A stretch of DNA of 64,000 nt from Tenericutes bacterium ADurb.BinA124 (GTDB lineage: Bacteria; Bacillota_I; Bacilli_A; ML615J-28; CAG-698): the NCBI GenBank assembly GCA_002068415.1, contig MVZM01000004.1:3445-67444 (forward strand), read 5' to 3'. This document shows, piece by piece, positions 17,733-25,997 of the stretch. The stretch's first letter is position 1. Each line of letters begins with the position of its first letter. A program made the position numbers and the translations under genes. The notes beneath the pieces were generated by a model. It searched no databases. It saw only the letters and a list, made by a program, of their open reading frames with translations, and was not told the origin of the DNA.

Positions 17733-17784
17733 GCATCCGATTGCGACCCCTACAAAGGTAGCTAATCTTCATAGGGTCGGATGC
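17733..17784. other. GC-rich 52-nt imperfect hairpin in the AT-rich divergent control region
   Basis: GCATCCGA-ttgcgac-CCCTA-(19 nt)-TAGGG-TCGGATGC, giving 13 bp of pairing. Confidence 0.4.
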
Positions 17785-17935
17785 CTTGGAAGTAGCAAAT
17801 TCCCAAGAAAAGATGCTTAAAATTCATCTTCTGGATATATGGTATCATCAAAGAAAAATAATTGATATTTCCACAAAATTCGATTATTTTATTTTGAAAA
17901 ATATATGTTAAACTAATTACTTTTTTAAATATTTG

Positions 17936-17944
17936 TGATATAAT
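17936..17944 (+). promoter_or_regulatory. Extended -10 promoter-like element (TGaTATAAT) for the 381-aa gene
   Basis: TGATATAAT lies about 87 bp upstream of the ATG at 18031. An ATCAAT-n6-ATTGAT inverted repeat follows at 17951..17968. Confidence 0.4.
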
Positions 17945-18030
17945 CTAATTATCAATTATTTTATTGATTATTTTTTATTTAAAAACCTGCAAACATGCCT
18001 AAAATCAATCTATTTAGGAGGTTCTAAAAG

Positions 18031-19176
18031 ATGGCTAAACACGAAAAAAATAATAAAAAAAATTATAAAAAAGATGAAAATTTCTATTATGGGAGCACTT
18101 TTGCTTTACAAAATCTTCCTTGCGATTTCGTAATTGATACAATTCACCATTTACCAAGAGGTGAAAAAACAAATATTTATAAAATTGGTGCTACTGAAGG
18201 AACTATAAAATTTGCTTATGAAACTCAAAAAGGATTAGTTCGTCTTTCCAATTCTACTGGTATGATTGAGGAAGAAAACATTATGGGAAGATTCTTAAAA
18301 TTAAAGCCAAAAGACTATCCTAAGTTTTTTGAAAAAAATGGTTTTATTTTTGCAATAAAAAAAGACGAGTATCAATCATTGAATGAAGAGTCCATTCAAC
18401 AACTAATAGCTCGTCTAAAGTTATGTGTAGAATTAATGGGTGAAATTACCAACAATAATAAATCATACAAAAATATTTTATCTAACGCTCTGGCATTATT
18501 TAGTGCGGATCCGATTGATGTAAAGCTCGAAGGTGAAAAGATTTATTCTTCTGCTACACATCCGCTTTACGATGCAATTTATAATAATACTAGAATGACT
18601 AATGATGATTATAAAAGAAGATTGCAAAACTCAAATTATGATTACGAAATAAAAGATAGTATTTTTGGAACTTATATTTTTGATAGCGAGGAATGCTCTA
18701 ATTATATTGAAGATTGTAATGATGCCTGGTTGAAACGCCTTGTCATAACTTATGTGAATAAAAATAATGAGTACTCAAAGGATGAAAAATACATTATAGA
18801 CACATTATTCCACTATTATTATGATTTCTTGCCAAAAGCATCAGCTGATACTGAACTTGATGACAAATTAAAAGATGGTATTCTTGCTTTTGCTAAACTT
18901 ATGGTAAAAGAGGAAATAGATCATAATATTAAAGGAGTGCACGCATCATATGATACAGATAAAATGCAACCAAAATGGAATGTTGATGATTTATTTACTG
19001 CTATGTATATGTCTTTGTTCTATTTAAGAGCGAATAATTATATCTATAAGCAATGCCCACACTGTGGAACTTATTTTATTGTTTCTAGAACTACATCTAA
19101 GAAAATATACTGTACTGATAGATGCCGAAGAAACGCTAATGCTAAAGCATTTAGAAGAAAACATCAAATAGCATAA
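18031..19176 (+). CDS. Orphan hypothetical protein (381 aa) with a C-terminal CGNR-like zinc ribbon
   Basis: Strong RBS (AGGAGG). The C-terminus CPHCGTYFIVSRTTSKKIYCTDRCRRNANAKAFRRKH fits the C-x2-C...YC-x3-C-basic-tail pattern of CGNR-type zinc fingers. The rest of the protein is unrecognised. Confidence 0.7.
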   Translation: MAKHEKNNKKNYKKDENFYYGSTFALQNLPCDFVIDTIHHLPRGEKTNIYKIGATEGTIKFAYETQKGLVRLSNSTGMIEEENIMGRFLKLKPKDYPKFFEKNGFIFAIKKDEYQSLNEESIQQLIARLKLCVELMGEITNNNKSYKNILSNALALFSADPIDVKLEGEKIYSSATHPLYDAIYNNTRMTNDDYKRRLQNSNYDYEIKDSIFGTYIFDSEECSNYIEDCNDAWLKRLVITYVNKNNEYSKDEKYIIDTLFHYYYDFLPKASADTELDDKLKDGILAFAKLMVKEEIDHNIKGVHASYDTDKMQPKWNVDDLFTAMYMSLFYLRANNYIYKQCPHCGTYFIVSRTTSKKIYCTDRCRRNANAKAFRRKHQIA

Positions 19177-19184
19177 AAAAAAGA

Positions 19185-19220
19185 GGAACCAGATTATTAG
19201 TCTGATTCCTTTTCTTCTTC
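19185..19220. terminator. Bidirectional intrinsic terminator between the convergent 381-aa gene and the R2 gene
   Basis: An A-run, then GGAACCAGA-ttattag-TCTGATTCC (one mismatch), then a T-run. The hairpin includes the R2 stop codon. Confidence 0.6.
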
Positions 19221-20507
19221 TAGGTATTTTTCAATTTGTCTAACTAGTTCTTCTTTATCTTTTTGATGCTTAGATTCATAGTTATACATTAGATGCCTTA
19301 CATCAAGTACAATGCCCTGAATTCTTTCATAATTATCTAATTCAGCTTTAGTTTCCTTACGCCAGTCAGGAATAGCCTCTGCTACATTTGCAAGTTTCTC
19401 ACTTGTCCCGAATTCATTATTAGCCTTATTATAAGGCATGATAAATGCATTAAACAAATGGTAGTTATCTAGATGCTCTTTGTTTTTAACAAAGTCGCCA
19501 TACGTAATTTGCTTGTTAATATCCGATGAATTTGGAAGATGATCCATATTATTCGTAACACCATAACGATAATATTTAGCATCCAATACATAGAACTTAT
19601 TATTCAAAATCATAATTGAATCAGGTTCCAATGGATGCTTTTCTTTTGTCTTACCAGTTCTAGCAATCCATGTAGTTCTAGGAAAGTAATCCTCTTTATT
19701 AGGTTCACCAAAGACTTTATCAATTAGTTTTTCCCATACATGCTCAAAATGATCAGTTCCAAAGTAGAATAGTCTATCCGTTGTTTTTTCATCAAGATAT
19801 TTAATCATTGCTTTCATAGCTAAGAATAATCGCTTATCTTCAAGTATGTTAGTATGAAGAATTTTATAATCAAGCATTGAAAGATATTGATTCTTAACTA
19901 TTTTTAAAGCCTCTAAATCGATATTATATCTAGGGTCATTTGGCACAAAACTTACAAACAACCAGCCTAATTTTTGCATTGCTTCTTGAACACAATACTT
20001 ATTAATTTCAGTAATAAGCATATTCGCATTAGGAGATATCGCTCTTACTGTTTGCTTTAAATAAATTATTGATTGTCCATCAATATCGATATAAGGCATT
20101 TGATTTTTGATTGTTCTTGGCCAGTCGGTCTTACCACCAATATCAGTTTTATAAACAACCTCAGTTTCCATATAATATCCATTATGATCTAGATAATAGT
20201 TGATTACATCTAGATAGGCTTGGATTGGAAATGTGACAGTTTGTGGTGCTTCAAAACTTTTAAGAGCAAGCAACTTATCTTCTTTGTTTGTAAACTCAGC
20301 TAAAACTCTAAACAAATGTCTTATTTCAAGCCTTATATCATAATCATTATCAGGCAATTGATAACCTATTGGAAAGTAAACAACTGCACCTTGATCATCA
20401 GCTTTAACACCTACAAAGTTCTCACCATCTTCACCACTATTGACGTGGCAGCATTTCTTTATATCAACCTTAGGGTCATACATTTTAGTTTGTTTCGCTT
20501 GTTCCAT
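19197..20507 (-). CDS. McrC-like / LlaJI.R2-type restriction endonuclease subunit
   Basis: PD-(D/E)xK-like core FYVLDAKYYRY. The gene lies immediately downstream of the McrB-like GTPase. The ATG at 20507 (AGGTGA RBS) is preferred; the track start is 20549. Confidence 0.7.
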   Translation of the reverse strand: MEQAKQTKMYDPKVDIKKCCHVNSGEDGENFVGVKADDQGAVVYFPIGYQLPDNDYDIRLEIRHLFRVLAEFTNKEDKLLALKSFEAPQTVTFPIQAYLDVINYYLDHNGYYMETEVVYKTDIGGKTDWPRTIKNQMPYIDIDGQSIIYLKQTVRAISPNANMLITEINKYCVQEAMQKLGWLFVSFVPNDPRYNIDLEALKIVKNQYLSMLDYKILHTNILEDKRLFLAMKAMIKYLDEKTTDRLFYFGTDHFEHVWEKLIDKVFGEPNKEDYFPRTTWIARTGKTKEKHPLEPDSIMILNNKFYVLDAKYYRYGVTNNMDHLPNSSDINKQITYGDFVKNKEHLDNYHLFNAFIMPYNKANNEFGTSEKLANVAEAIPDWRKETKAELDNYERIQGIVLDVRHLMYNYESKHQKDKEELVRQIEKYLEEEKESD

Positions 20508-22824
20508 CGGCATCACCTGTAGCTTCATCCTTTGGTTTTGACTCATCAATCATTGTTCTTTTGATGTTATCAAGGAATATGTCAAATCTAGCATCACCCT
20601 TAGCTCCTAAGAATGATTTAATTATTGCTTCAAGTGAGTTATTTGTTCCATTATCACGAACATTGAATAGAGATTCACGATTAAACTTAAATGCATCATC
20701 CCATAAATACTTGATTACTTTTTCAGCAAATCTTCTATTCTCAAGTCTTGCATCTATTTGTTCTTGACCTGAACCAGTATCAGCTTTGTCATTGTACATC
20801 AAATCTTCTTCTACGACAAAATGAGTTCCAAGTCTCTTATCTTCAGCTGATGTTAATCTTACATTAGTATTAAGGATAATCTCATTAATAGTTTCTTGGA
20901 AAGCTCTCCATGTAACATTAGAATCAAGAATCTTGATATCAGCAAGCTCATCATTTTCTTTAAATGTATTCTCGATTAATCTCATATTCCATCTTCTTTG
21001 GAAAGCAGTATCTAGAGTAAATACATTTTGGTCGGATGTATTCATAGTACAAAGGATAGACATATTTGAAGGGATTCTAACCTTATGGTTTACATCCTCA
21101 TAAACAACTTTAGCAATATCAGCATTAGTAATTCCATACATACTAGTTCCATCAGGTGTTCTATCTAGTAATTGGAATATATCACCAAAAATTGCAGGAG
21201 CATTACCACGGTTGATTTCTTCAATAATTAAATAATATCTATTTTCAGGGTCTCTATATGCCTTTTTTAATAAAGTAGTGAAAGGTCCAGCTTCAAACTT
21301 ATATTGAATAGTCTTGCTTTCACCGCTTTCGTCAATTGATGGTAGGATTTGACCCACGAAGTCACTATATGTATAGTCAGGATGGAACACTAAACGTTCC
21401 ATTTTGTCTTCGTCTTTGCAATATTCAGTTTCGATTGTATAAGACTTACCAGCACCTGGAACGCCATAAAGAATAATGTTGCGTCCACCAGTAACTCTAT
21501 CTAATGAATCATAATCAATTACTTCACCTTTATCATAAAACTCTATTACTCTAACATAATCATCATATAATTCTTTTAATGTTTCGTTTGATTCTACTCC
21601 ATCATATAATGATAATTTAGATAAATCATATTCTTTCTCTAAAATTTTTGATATCTCATTTGATGGCTCCTTATCGCCTTCATAAACATCAATAAATAAG
21701 TATTTTATTTCTTTGGTATCATTATCAAATTTTGGCCTTACATTTATACCTGTCTCTGTTTTATTGATATAATTAACTTTTGAAAATGTGCTTTGATATC
21801 CAGCAATTATATTACAATCTAAAGTAAAAGCACCATAGTCTCTCCAATCTTTATATAATTCTCTAATTGCAGATCCAGGTTTATATCCTTGTCCTGAAGT
21901 TTTAGTTCCTTCTTCTAGTCCATTATTAATGTTCAACTGCTTAACAAACCATCCAACTAAATTTTTGAATTTTTGATAATTTTCATCAGCTTTTGAATCT
22001 TTATTTCCTTCATTAAAAGGATTTGACTCCCACAAAACTAAAGATGATATTGCCATACCATTTGCAACTGCATTAATAACATCTTCTTTATTATAAGATG
22101 AAGATTCTACGATATCCCTATATGTGAATTTGTGAGAGTTTGCATCCAATAATGGAGCATATTTTATGCCAAAAACCTGAGCGGCTTCCACTTCAGTTTT
22201 TCCTGCACTAATATTCGCATTCATTTCTGTATTGAATATATTTTTCACAGACTCTAAATCTACTTTTTTACCGTTTTCTTCCATTATTACATCCCTCCAA
22301 TTATCGATGATATTGATGCTAATTGTGTATCTTTCATCACTTTTAGTAATTTTAATATTTGTTATGGCACCTATAAACGTATGTCTAAAATCATCACCGT
22401 TTTTTAATGTGGTTGCACCATAAATTGGCTCATTAATTCTATAATCACTTTTGTTATTAAGAATTCTTATATATCTATCATCTTGAACATAGTCAAGAAC
22501 TAATTTTGCATCTTCTAGATTCATTGAAGCAAAACGAGAATAGATAGAATCAATTTTATCAAGAGGACCATGATACATTGATGTGTACTTTTGAATTATC
22601 AGTTTTACCATATTCAAATAATCCAAAAAAGATTTAACATCAATATAACAAATATGTTTCCCAAGAATAAAGTTTCTAATACTATCCTTTTCTTCCTGTT
22701 TATCTCCAATATAAAGACTAGCTTGACTTGAGCCACTTAGCCATTTAACTACAAATTCTCGTTCGCAATCACTTAATTTTAATACACCCTCAAGAATTGT
22801 TTTATCATTATTAAGTTTTAACAT
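20485..22824 (-). CDS. McrB-like AAA+ GTPase restriction subunit (LlaJI.R1-type) with a ~440-aa N-terminal extension
   Basis: Walker A ILYGVPGAGKSY. Walker B/EINR motif YYLIIEEINRGN. McrB signature CTMNTSDQNVFTLDTAFQRRW. Confidence 0.8.
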   Translation of the reverse strand: MLKLNNDKTILEGVLKLSDCEREFVVKWLSGSSQASLYIGDKQEEKDSIRNFILGKHICYIDVKSFLDYLNMVKLIIQKYTSMYHGPLDKIDSIYSRFASMNLEDAKLVLDYVQDDRYIRILNNKSDYRINEPIYGATTLKNGDDFRHTFIGAITNIKITKSDERYTISINIIDNWRDVIMEENGKKVDLESVKNIFNTEMNANISAGKTEVEAAQVFGIKYAPLLDANSHKFTYRDIVESSSYNKEDVINAVANGMAISSLVLWESNPFNEGNKDSKADENYQKFKNLVGWFVKQLNINNGLEEGTKTSGQGYKPGSAIRELYKDWRDYGAFTLDCNIIAGYQSTFSKVNYINKTETGINVRPKFDNDTKEIKYLFIDVYEGDKEPSNEISKILEKEYDLSKLSLYDGVESNETLKELYDDYVRVIEFYDKGEVIDYDSLDRVTGGRNIILYGVPGAGKSYTIETEYCKDEDKMERLVFHPDYTYSDFVGQILPSIDESGESKTIQYKFEAGPFTTLLKKAYRDPENRYYLIIEEINRGNAPAIFGDIFQLLDRTPDGTSMYGITNADIAKVVYEDVNHKVRIPSNMSILCTMNTSDQNVFTLDTAFQRRWNMRLIENTFKENDELADIKILDSNVTWRAFQETINEIILNTNVRLTSAEDKRLGTHFVVEEDLMYNDKADTGSGQEQIDARLENRRFAEKVIKYLWDDAFKFNRESLFNVRDNGTNNSLEAIIKSFLGAKGDARFDIFLDNIKRTMIDESKPKDEATGDADGTSETN

Positions 22825-23972
22825 TATTCGCCCTCCTCTTCAAAAACACCAGTATCTATTATATTTCTTAATATTGCTATTAGGACATCAACAACTATTG
22901 AATTTCCAGCTTGTTTATATGCTTGAGCTCTTGAAACAACTATTTTATAGTCATCTGTAAATCCCATTAATCTATGTGCTTCTCTTTCGGTAAGCATTCT
23001 AACTGATCCCAAGTTTTCTGTTCCATCAAATGATAAATAATTATCAACTCCAGCACGATGACGATTTCCCATAGTTTTTAACAATGTTCTTGCAATATCC
23101 TTATTAATTTCAACCTTTTGCACGAAAGTCTTTGTTCCAGTTTTCATAACATAATTATACAACTTTTGGCTTAAAGTATACTTTGCATCAGGAATTCCTG
23201 GTACGTTATCAAGTTGGATCTCACCTGCATTATTTGAAGTCATATGTCCCTCTGCGCAATAATTGATTGAAAAATCCTTCATTGTAAAATGTAATTGTCT
23301 TTGAATTGGTGGAAATTCAAATTCATCATTTAAATTTAAATCTCTTCTAAAACCTACAACAAACAATCTTCTTCTTGTTTGAGGAATTCCATAATCAGCT
23401 GCATTCAAAACATCAAATTTATAATCATAGCCTAGTTCATCAAAGACTTGCTTAATAACTCTCCAAGTATTACCCTTGTCATGATTTAAAAGATTTCTAA
23501 CATTTTCATATATAAATACTTTAGGATTGATTTCTTGCACCAATCTAGCAAACTCATAGAATAACGTTCCTCTAGTATCCTCTAGTCCAGCCTGAAAGCC
23601 AACGGAAGAGAAACTTTGGCATGGGCTTCCTCCAACGAATAAATCTACTTGATTTCTAAAATCCCTACCATCTAATAGTACTACATCTTGAAAATATCTA
23701 TTTTTAGAACACTGTGGGTAATTAGCTAAATAACTTTGTTCCACATAATTCTTTGAGCTTGTAATTGATGAATATAAATTGTCTACGTATTTTCTTTTTT
23801 CATCAATGCTATTTAGGTTTCTTACAATTTCACGTTCTTTTTCAATATCATAAGTCACATCTCGTTCGCCGTTATCACAAGCAAATACTATTTCATGATC
23901 TAATTTCAATCGTTTTATAGCAAATTCAATCGCACCAATACCACTAAAAACTGTAGCTAATTTAATCTTCAT
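22824..23972 (-). CDS. DNA (cytosine-5)-methyltransferase (second of a pair)
   Basis: FSGIGA, GGSPCQSFS, FIYENV, QTRRRLF and AGNSIVV motifs. Confidence 0.9.
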   Translation of the reverse strand: MKIKLATVFSGIGAIEFAIKRLKLDHEIVFACDNGERDVTYDIEKEREIVRNLNSIDEKRKYVDNLYSSITSSKNYVEQSYLANYPQCSKNRYFQDVVLLDGRDFRNQVDLFVGGSPCQSFSSVGFQAGLEDTRGTLFYEFARLVQEINPKVFIYENVRNLLNHDKGNTWRVIKQVFDELGYDYKFDVLNAADYGIPQTRRRLFVVGFRRDLNLNDEFEFPPIQRQLHFTMKDFSINYCAEGHMTSNNAGEIQLDNVPGIPDAKYTLSQKLYNYVMKTGTKTFVQKVEINKDIARTLLKTMGNRHRAGVDNYLSFDGTENLGSVRMLTEREAHRLMGFTDDYKIVVSRAQAYKQAGNSIVVDVLIAILRNIIDTGVFEEEGE

Positions 23973-25065
23973 AAATGTTCACCGCCTCAAAAATCTTTTT
24001 GTAAATTGCTTCAAGAACATTTACAACAATTGAATTTCCTGCTTGTCGATATGCAGGCACATTTGGAACAACAACATTAAAATCATCGCTAAACCCCATC
24101 AATCTTAAACATTCTCTATAAGTCAACTGTCTAATGACTCCACGTCTTCCATTCCATTCTGAAACATATGCTCTTTCAAGTATTTTTTCATTATTTGCAA
24201 TTTCTTCATATGGAACAAAAACAAAATCTCCATTCCAATTAAACTGCTGATTTGCTTTTTGCGTTTGGATGATTTCAGGATTAATTCTTGCTCTATTTCT
24301 ATACTTAGGATTAGTTACGAATTCAAACCCTTTTTTTCCTAAATAATGTTTGACTTCGACATCGTTATTAGCCTCAAGATAGTCAAAGAATTTTGTCGTT
24401 AAATTAATAGGTTGAGGAAATTCAAAATTGACATTCTTATCTTTAAACCCAACAACGAATAGTCTTTGTCTATCCTGTGGAATTCCAAAATCCTTGGCAT
24501 TCAATAATGATTTATAAACTTTATATCCTAGAGAATCAAAAACCGAATTAATAACTTTCCATGTATTTCCTTTGTCATGAGTAAGCATTCCAGGAACATT
24601 CTCGTAGATGAACACTTTAGGTTTGATTTCTTTTATTAGTCTTGCGTAATCATAAAAAAGAGTTCCTCTTGTATCTTCGAGACCAGCTCTTTTTCCAATA
24701 ATAGAGAAACTTTGGCATGGACTTCCACCAACTAAAATATCAACCTTTCCTTTATATGGCTTACCATCAAGAAATCTAATATCCTCATACCAGTTTTTCT
24801 CATTAATATCATAGTTAGCGAAATAACTATCCTTCATATAATTGTGTTTTCCACTTTTTGAGTAAATACTTTTTATATATTCATTAGCTTCATCGTTATT
24901 TAATGATGCGATTTCAGCTTTTATTTCATCAACATCTTTTTTGATTTCAACTTCTCCATTATCACAAGCAAATACTATATTATGTTTTACTCCCATTTTA
25001 TGTAAAGCTTGTTCTGGAGCACCTATGCCACTAAAAACAGTAGCAATATTAATAAAATCTTTCAT
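23962..25065 (-). CDS. DNA (cytosine-5)-methyltransferase (first of a pair)
   Basis: FSGIGA, GGSPCQSFS, FIYENV, QDRQRLF and AGNSIVV motifs. Confidence 0.9.
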   Translation of the reverse strand: MKDFINIATVFSGIGAPEQALHKMGVKHNIVFACDNGEVEIKKDVDEIKAEIASLNNDEANEYIKSIYSKSGKHNYMKDSYFANYDINEKNWYEDIRFLDGKPYKGKVDILVGGSPCQSFSIIGKRAGLEDTRGTLFYDYARLIKEIKPKVFIYENVPGMLTHDKGNTWKVINSVFDSLGYKVYKSLLNAKDFGIPQDRQRLFVVGFKDKNVNFEFPQPINLTTKFFDYLEANNDVEVKHYLGKKGFEFVTNPKYRNRARINPEIIQTQKANQQFNWNGDFVFVPYEEIANNEKILERAYVSEWNGRRGVIRQLTYRECLRLMGFSDDFNVVVPNVPAYRQAGNSIVVNVLEAIYKKIFEAVNIYED

Positions 25066-25066
25066 A

Positions 25067-25273
25067 CTACACCTTCTTGATAAATTCTACAACGTCACCT
25101 ATATTTACATCTAATGCCTCGCATATCTTCATTAGCACTTCTAATGTAACAGGCTCGTTTTTACCAAGCTTAGCTAAAGAAGACGAACTAATGCCGGCAA
25201 TATCTTTTAATTCTATTTTCTTCATATTTTTATCAATTAGAACTTTCCAAAGTTTGTTATAAGAAATTTCCAT
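25067..25273 (-). CDS. XRE-family HTH protein; likely R-M controller (C) protein
   Basis: 68 aa with an HTH segment (IELKDIAGISSSSLAKLGKNE). It is the first gene of the tightly packed R-M operon. Confidence 0.7.
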   Translation of the reverse strand: MEISYNKLWKVLIDKNMKKIELKDIAGISSSSLAKLGKNEPVTLEVLMKICEALDVNIGDVVEFIKKV

Positions 25274-25303
25274 ATCAATACCTCACTTAGTAATTCAAAT
25301 ATT

Positions 25304-25332
25304 ATTATATATAATAATTTCCGTTCTGTCAA
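25304..25332 (-). promoter_or_regulatory. Consensus sigma-70 promoter for the R-M operon
   Basis: Minus strand reads TTGACA, a 17-nt spacer (gaacggaaattattata), then TATAAT, about 30 nt upstream of the C-protein ATG. Confidence 0.65.
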
Positions 25333-25344
25333 TCGTTTTGTCCA

Positions 25345-25375
25345 TTCTCACAAAGAAAAAATTCGTTCTCACAAA
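25345..25375. repeat. Two direct repeats TTCTCACAAA spaced 21 bp apart, just upstream of the -35 box
   Basis: Copies at 25345..25354 and 25366..25375. Confidence 0.6.
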
Positions 25376-25405
25376 CTTATTTGTAATCTTACACGATAGC
25401 CTGAA

Positions 25406-25477
25406 CCTTTCGTGGTGCTTTCGTGTACCTTTCGTGGGCAACAATGAGCTTTCGTGGTTTTTCAAGACCTTTCGTGG
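25406..25477. repeat. Array of five direct repeats (C/G)CTTTCGTG(G/T) with 11, 11, 20 and 20 bp spacing
   Basis: Copies start at 25406, 25417, 25428, 25448 and 25468. Confidence 0.8.
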
Positions 25478-25563
25478 TAATGCATAATTGATGCAAATTA
25501 TGATCCAATAAAAAACTAGGCAATTTTACTAATAACGGGACTTGAACCCTACCAAAAACGCCT

Positions 25564-25611
25564 AAAAATAAAGAAAAAGTGCTGACTTGAGATGAAATCT
25601 CGTATCAACAC
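25564..25611 (-). terminator. Terminator-like hairpin downstream of ssrA
   Basis: Minus strand reads GTGTTGATACGAGAT-ttc-ATCTCAAGTCAGCAC (imperfect), followed by tttttctttattttt. Confidence 0.5.
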
Positions 25612-25624
25612 AGTTGTTTCAATA

Positions 25625-25974
25625 TGGTGGAATAGAGGGGAGTCGAACCCCTGTCCAAACTACAATCCATATTTATTTCTACATGCTTATTTTATTGTCT
25701 TATTTTCACTGCTTATCTAACAATAAACAAATAGACAATCAGCTAACCTTATAATCTCGAATCAAAGAGCCAAGGTAAACTCAAAGACTCATCCCTTAAT
25801 TCTGAGCCCGTTTATAAAACTTAAGGGGGATTCTACAACAGGCATGCTACTTATTTAATTAGGCAGCAAAAGATAAATTTTGATTTGCGGTTAATTTAAC
25901 CTCGGCGTTTTTACATGCGCAACCATGGCATGCTACAAATACTTCAAATAGCCTGTCGAAACCATGACTATCCC
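25625..25974 (-). ncRNA. ssrA: tmRNA (SsrA), about 350 nt
   Basis: The 5' end GGGATAGTCATGGTTTCGACAGG pairs with the 3' end GGACAGGGGTTCGACTCCCCTCTATTCCACCA, including the G3:U70 wobble. An internal tag ORF ends ...GCA AAT CAA AAT TTA TCT TTT GCT GCC TAA (..ANQNLSFAA*). The gene is adjacent to smpB. Confidence 0.9.
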
Positions 25975-25997
25975 ATAATGAAGAAACAATGTTTCTT

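Larger units (their letters stand above)
1..25332. mobile_element. Temperate-phage-derived element (partial; continues left of window). Packaging, late-regulator and replication modules lie at 1..~17600. An accessory restriction-modification island lies at ~17800..25330 and abuts ssrA.
   Basis: Contiguous phage hallmark genes: terL, terS, HNH, SNF2, VRR-NUC, primase-helicase, PolA, DUF2815, DUF2800. The region is visibly more AT-rich than DNA right of ~25.6 kb. tmRNA genes are classic integration hot spots. The right boundary is approximate. Confidence 0.75.

Noticed and set aside
17632-17820. 62-aa plus-strand ORF in the divergent control region.
   Set aside because: It has no RBS and overlaps the alternative N-terminal extension of the early gene and the GC-rich hairpin. 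Its composition looks non-coding.
1-25332. A search for integrase, transposase, excisionase or CI-like repressor genes in the phage-derived region.
   Set aside because: No ORF showed tyrosine or serine recombinase, DDE or CI/Cro-type hallmarks, apart from the 68-aa XRE protein that heads the R-M operon. This absence is reported as a finding rather than a feature.
25540-25575. tRNA-like T-arm fragment on the minus strand (GGTAGGGTTCAAGTCCCGTT) downstream of ssrA. I considered it as a tRNA gene or an att-site remnant.
   Set aside because: No D-arm, anticodon arm or acceptor pairing can be built around it, and the T-stem has only 3 bp. It does not match the ssrA 3' end (GGGGTTCGACTCCCC), so it is not the expected duplicated att core.
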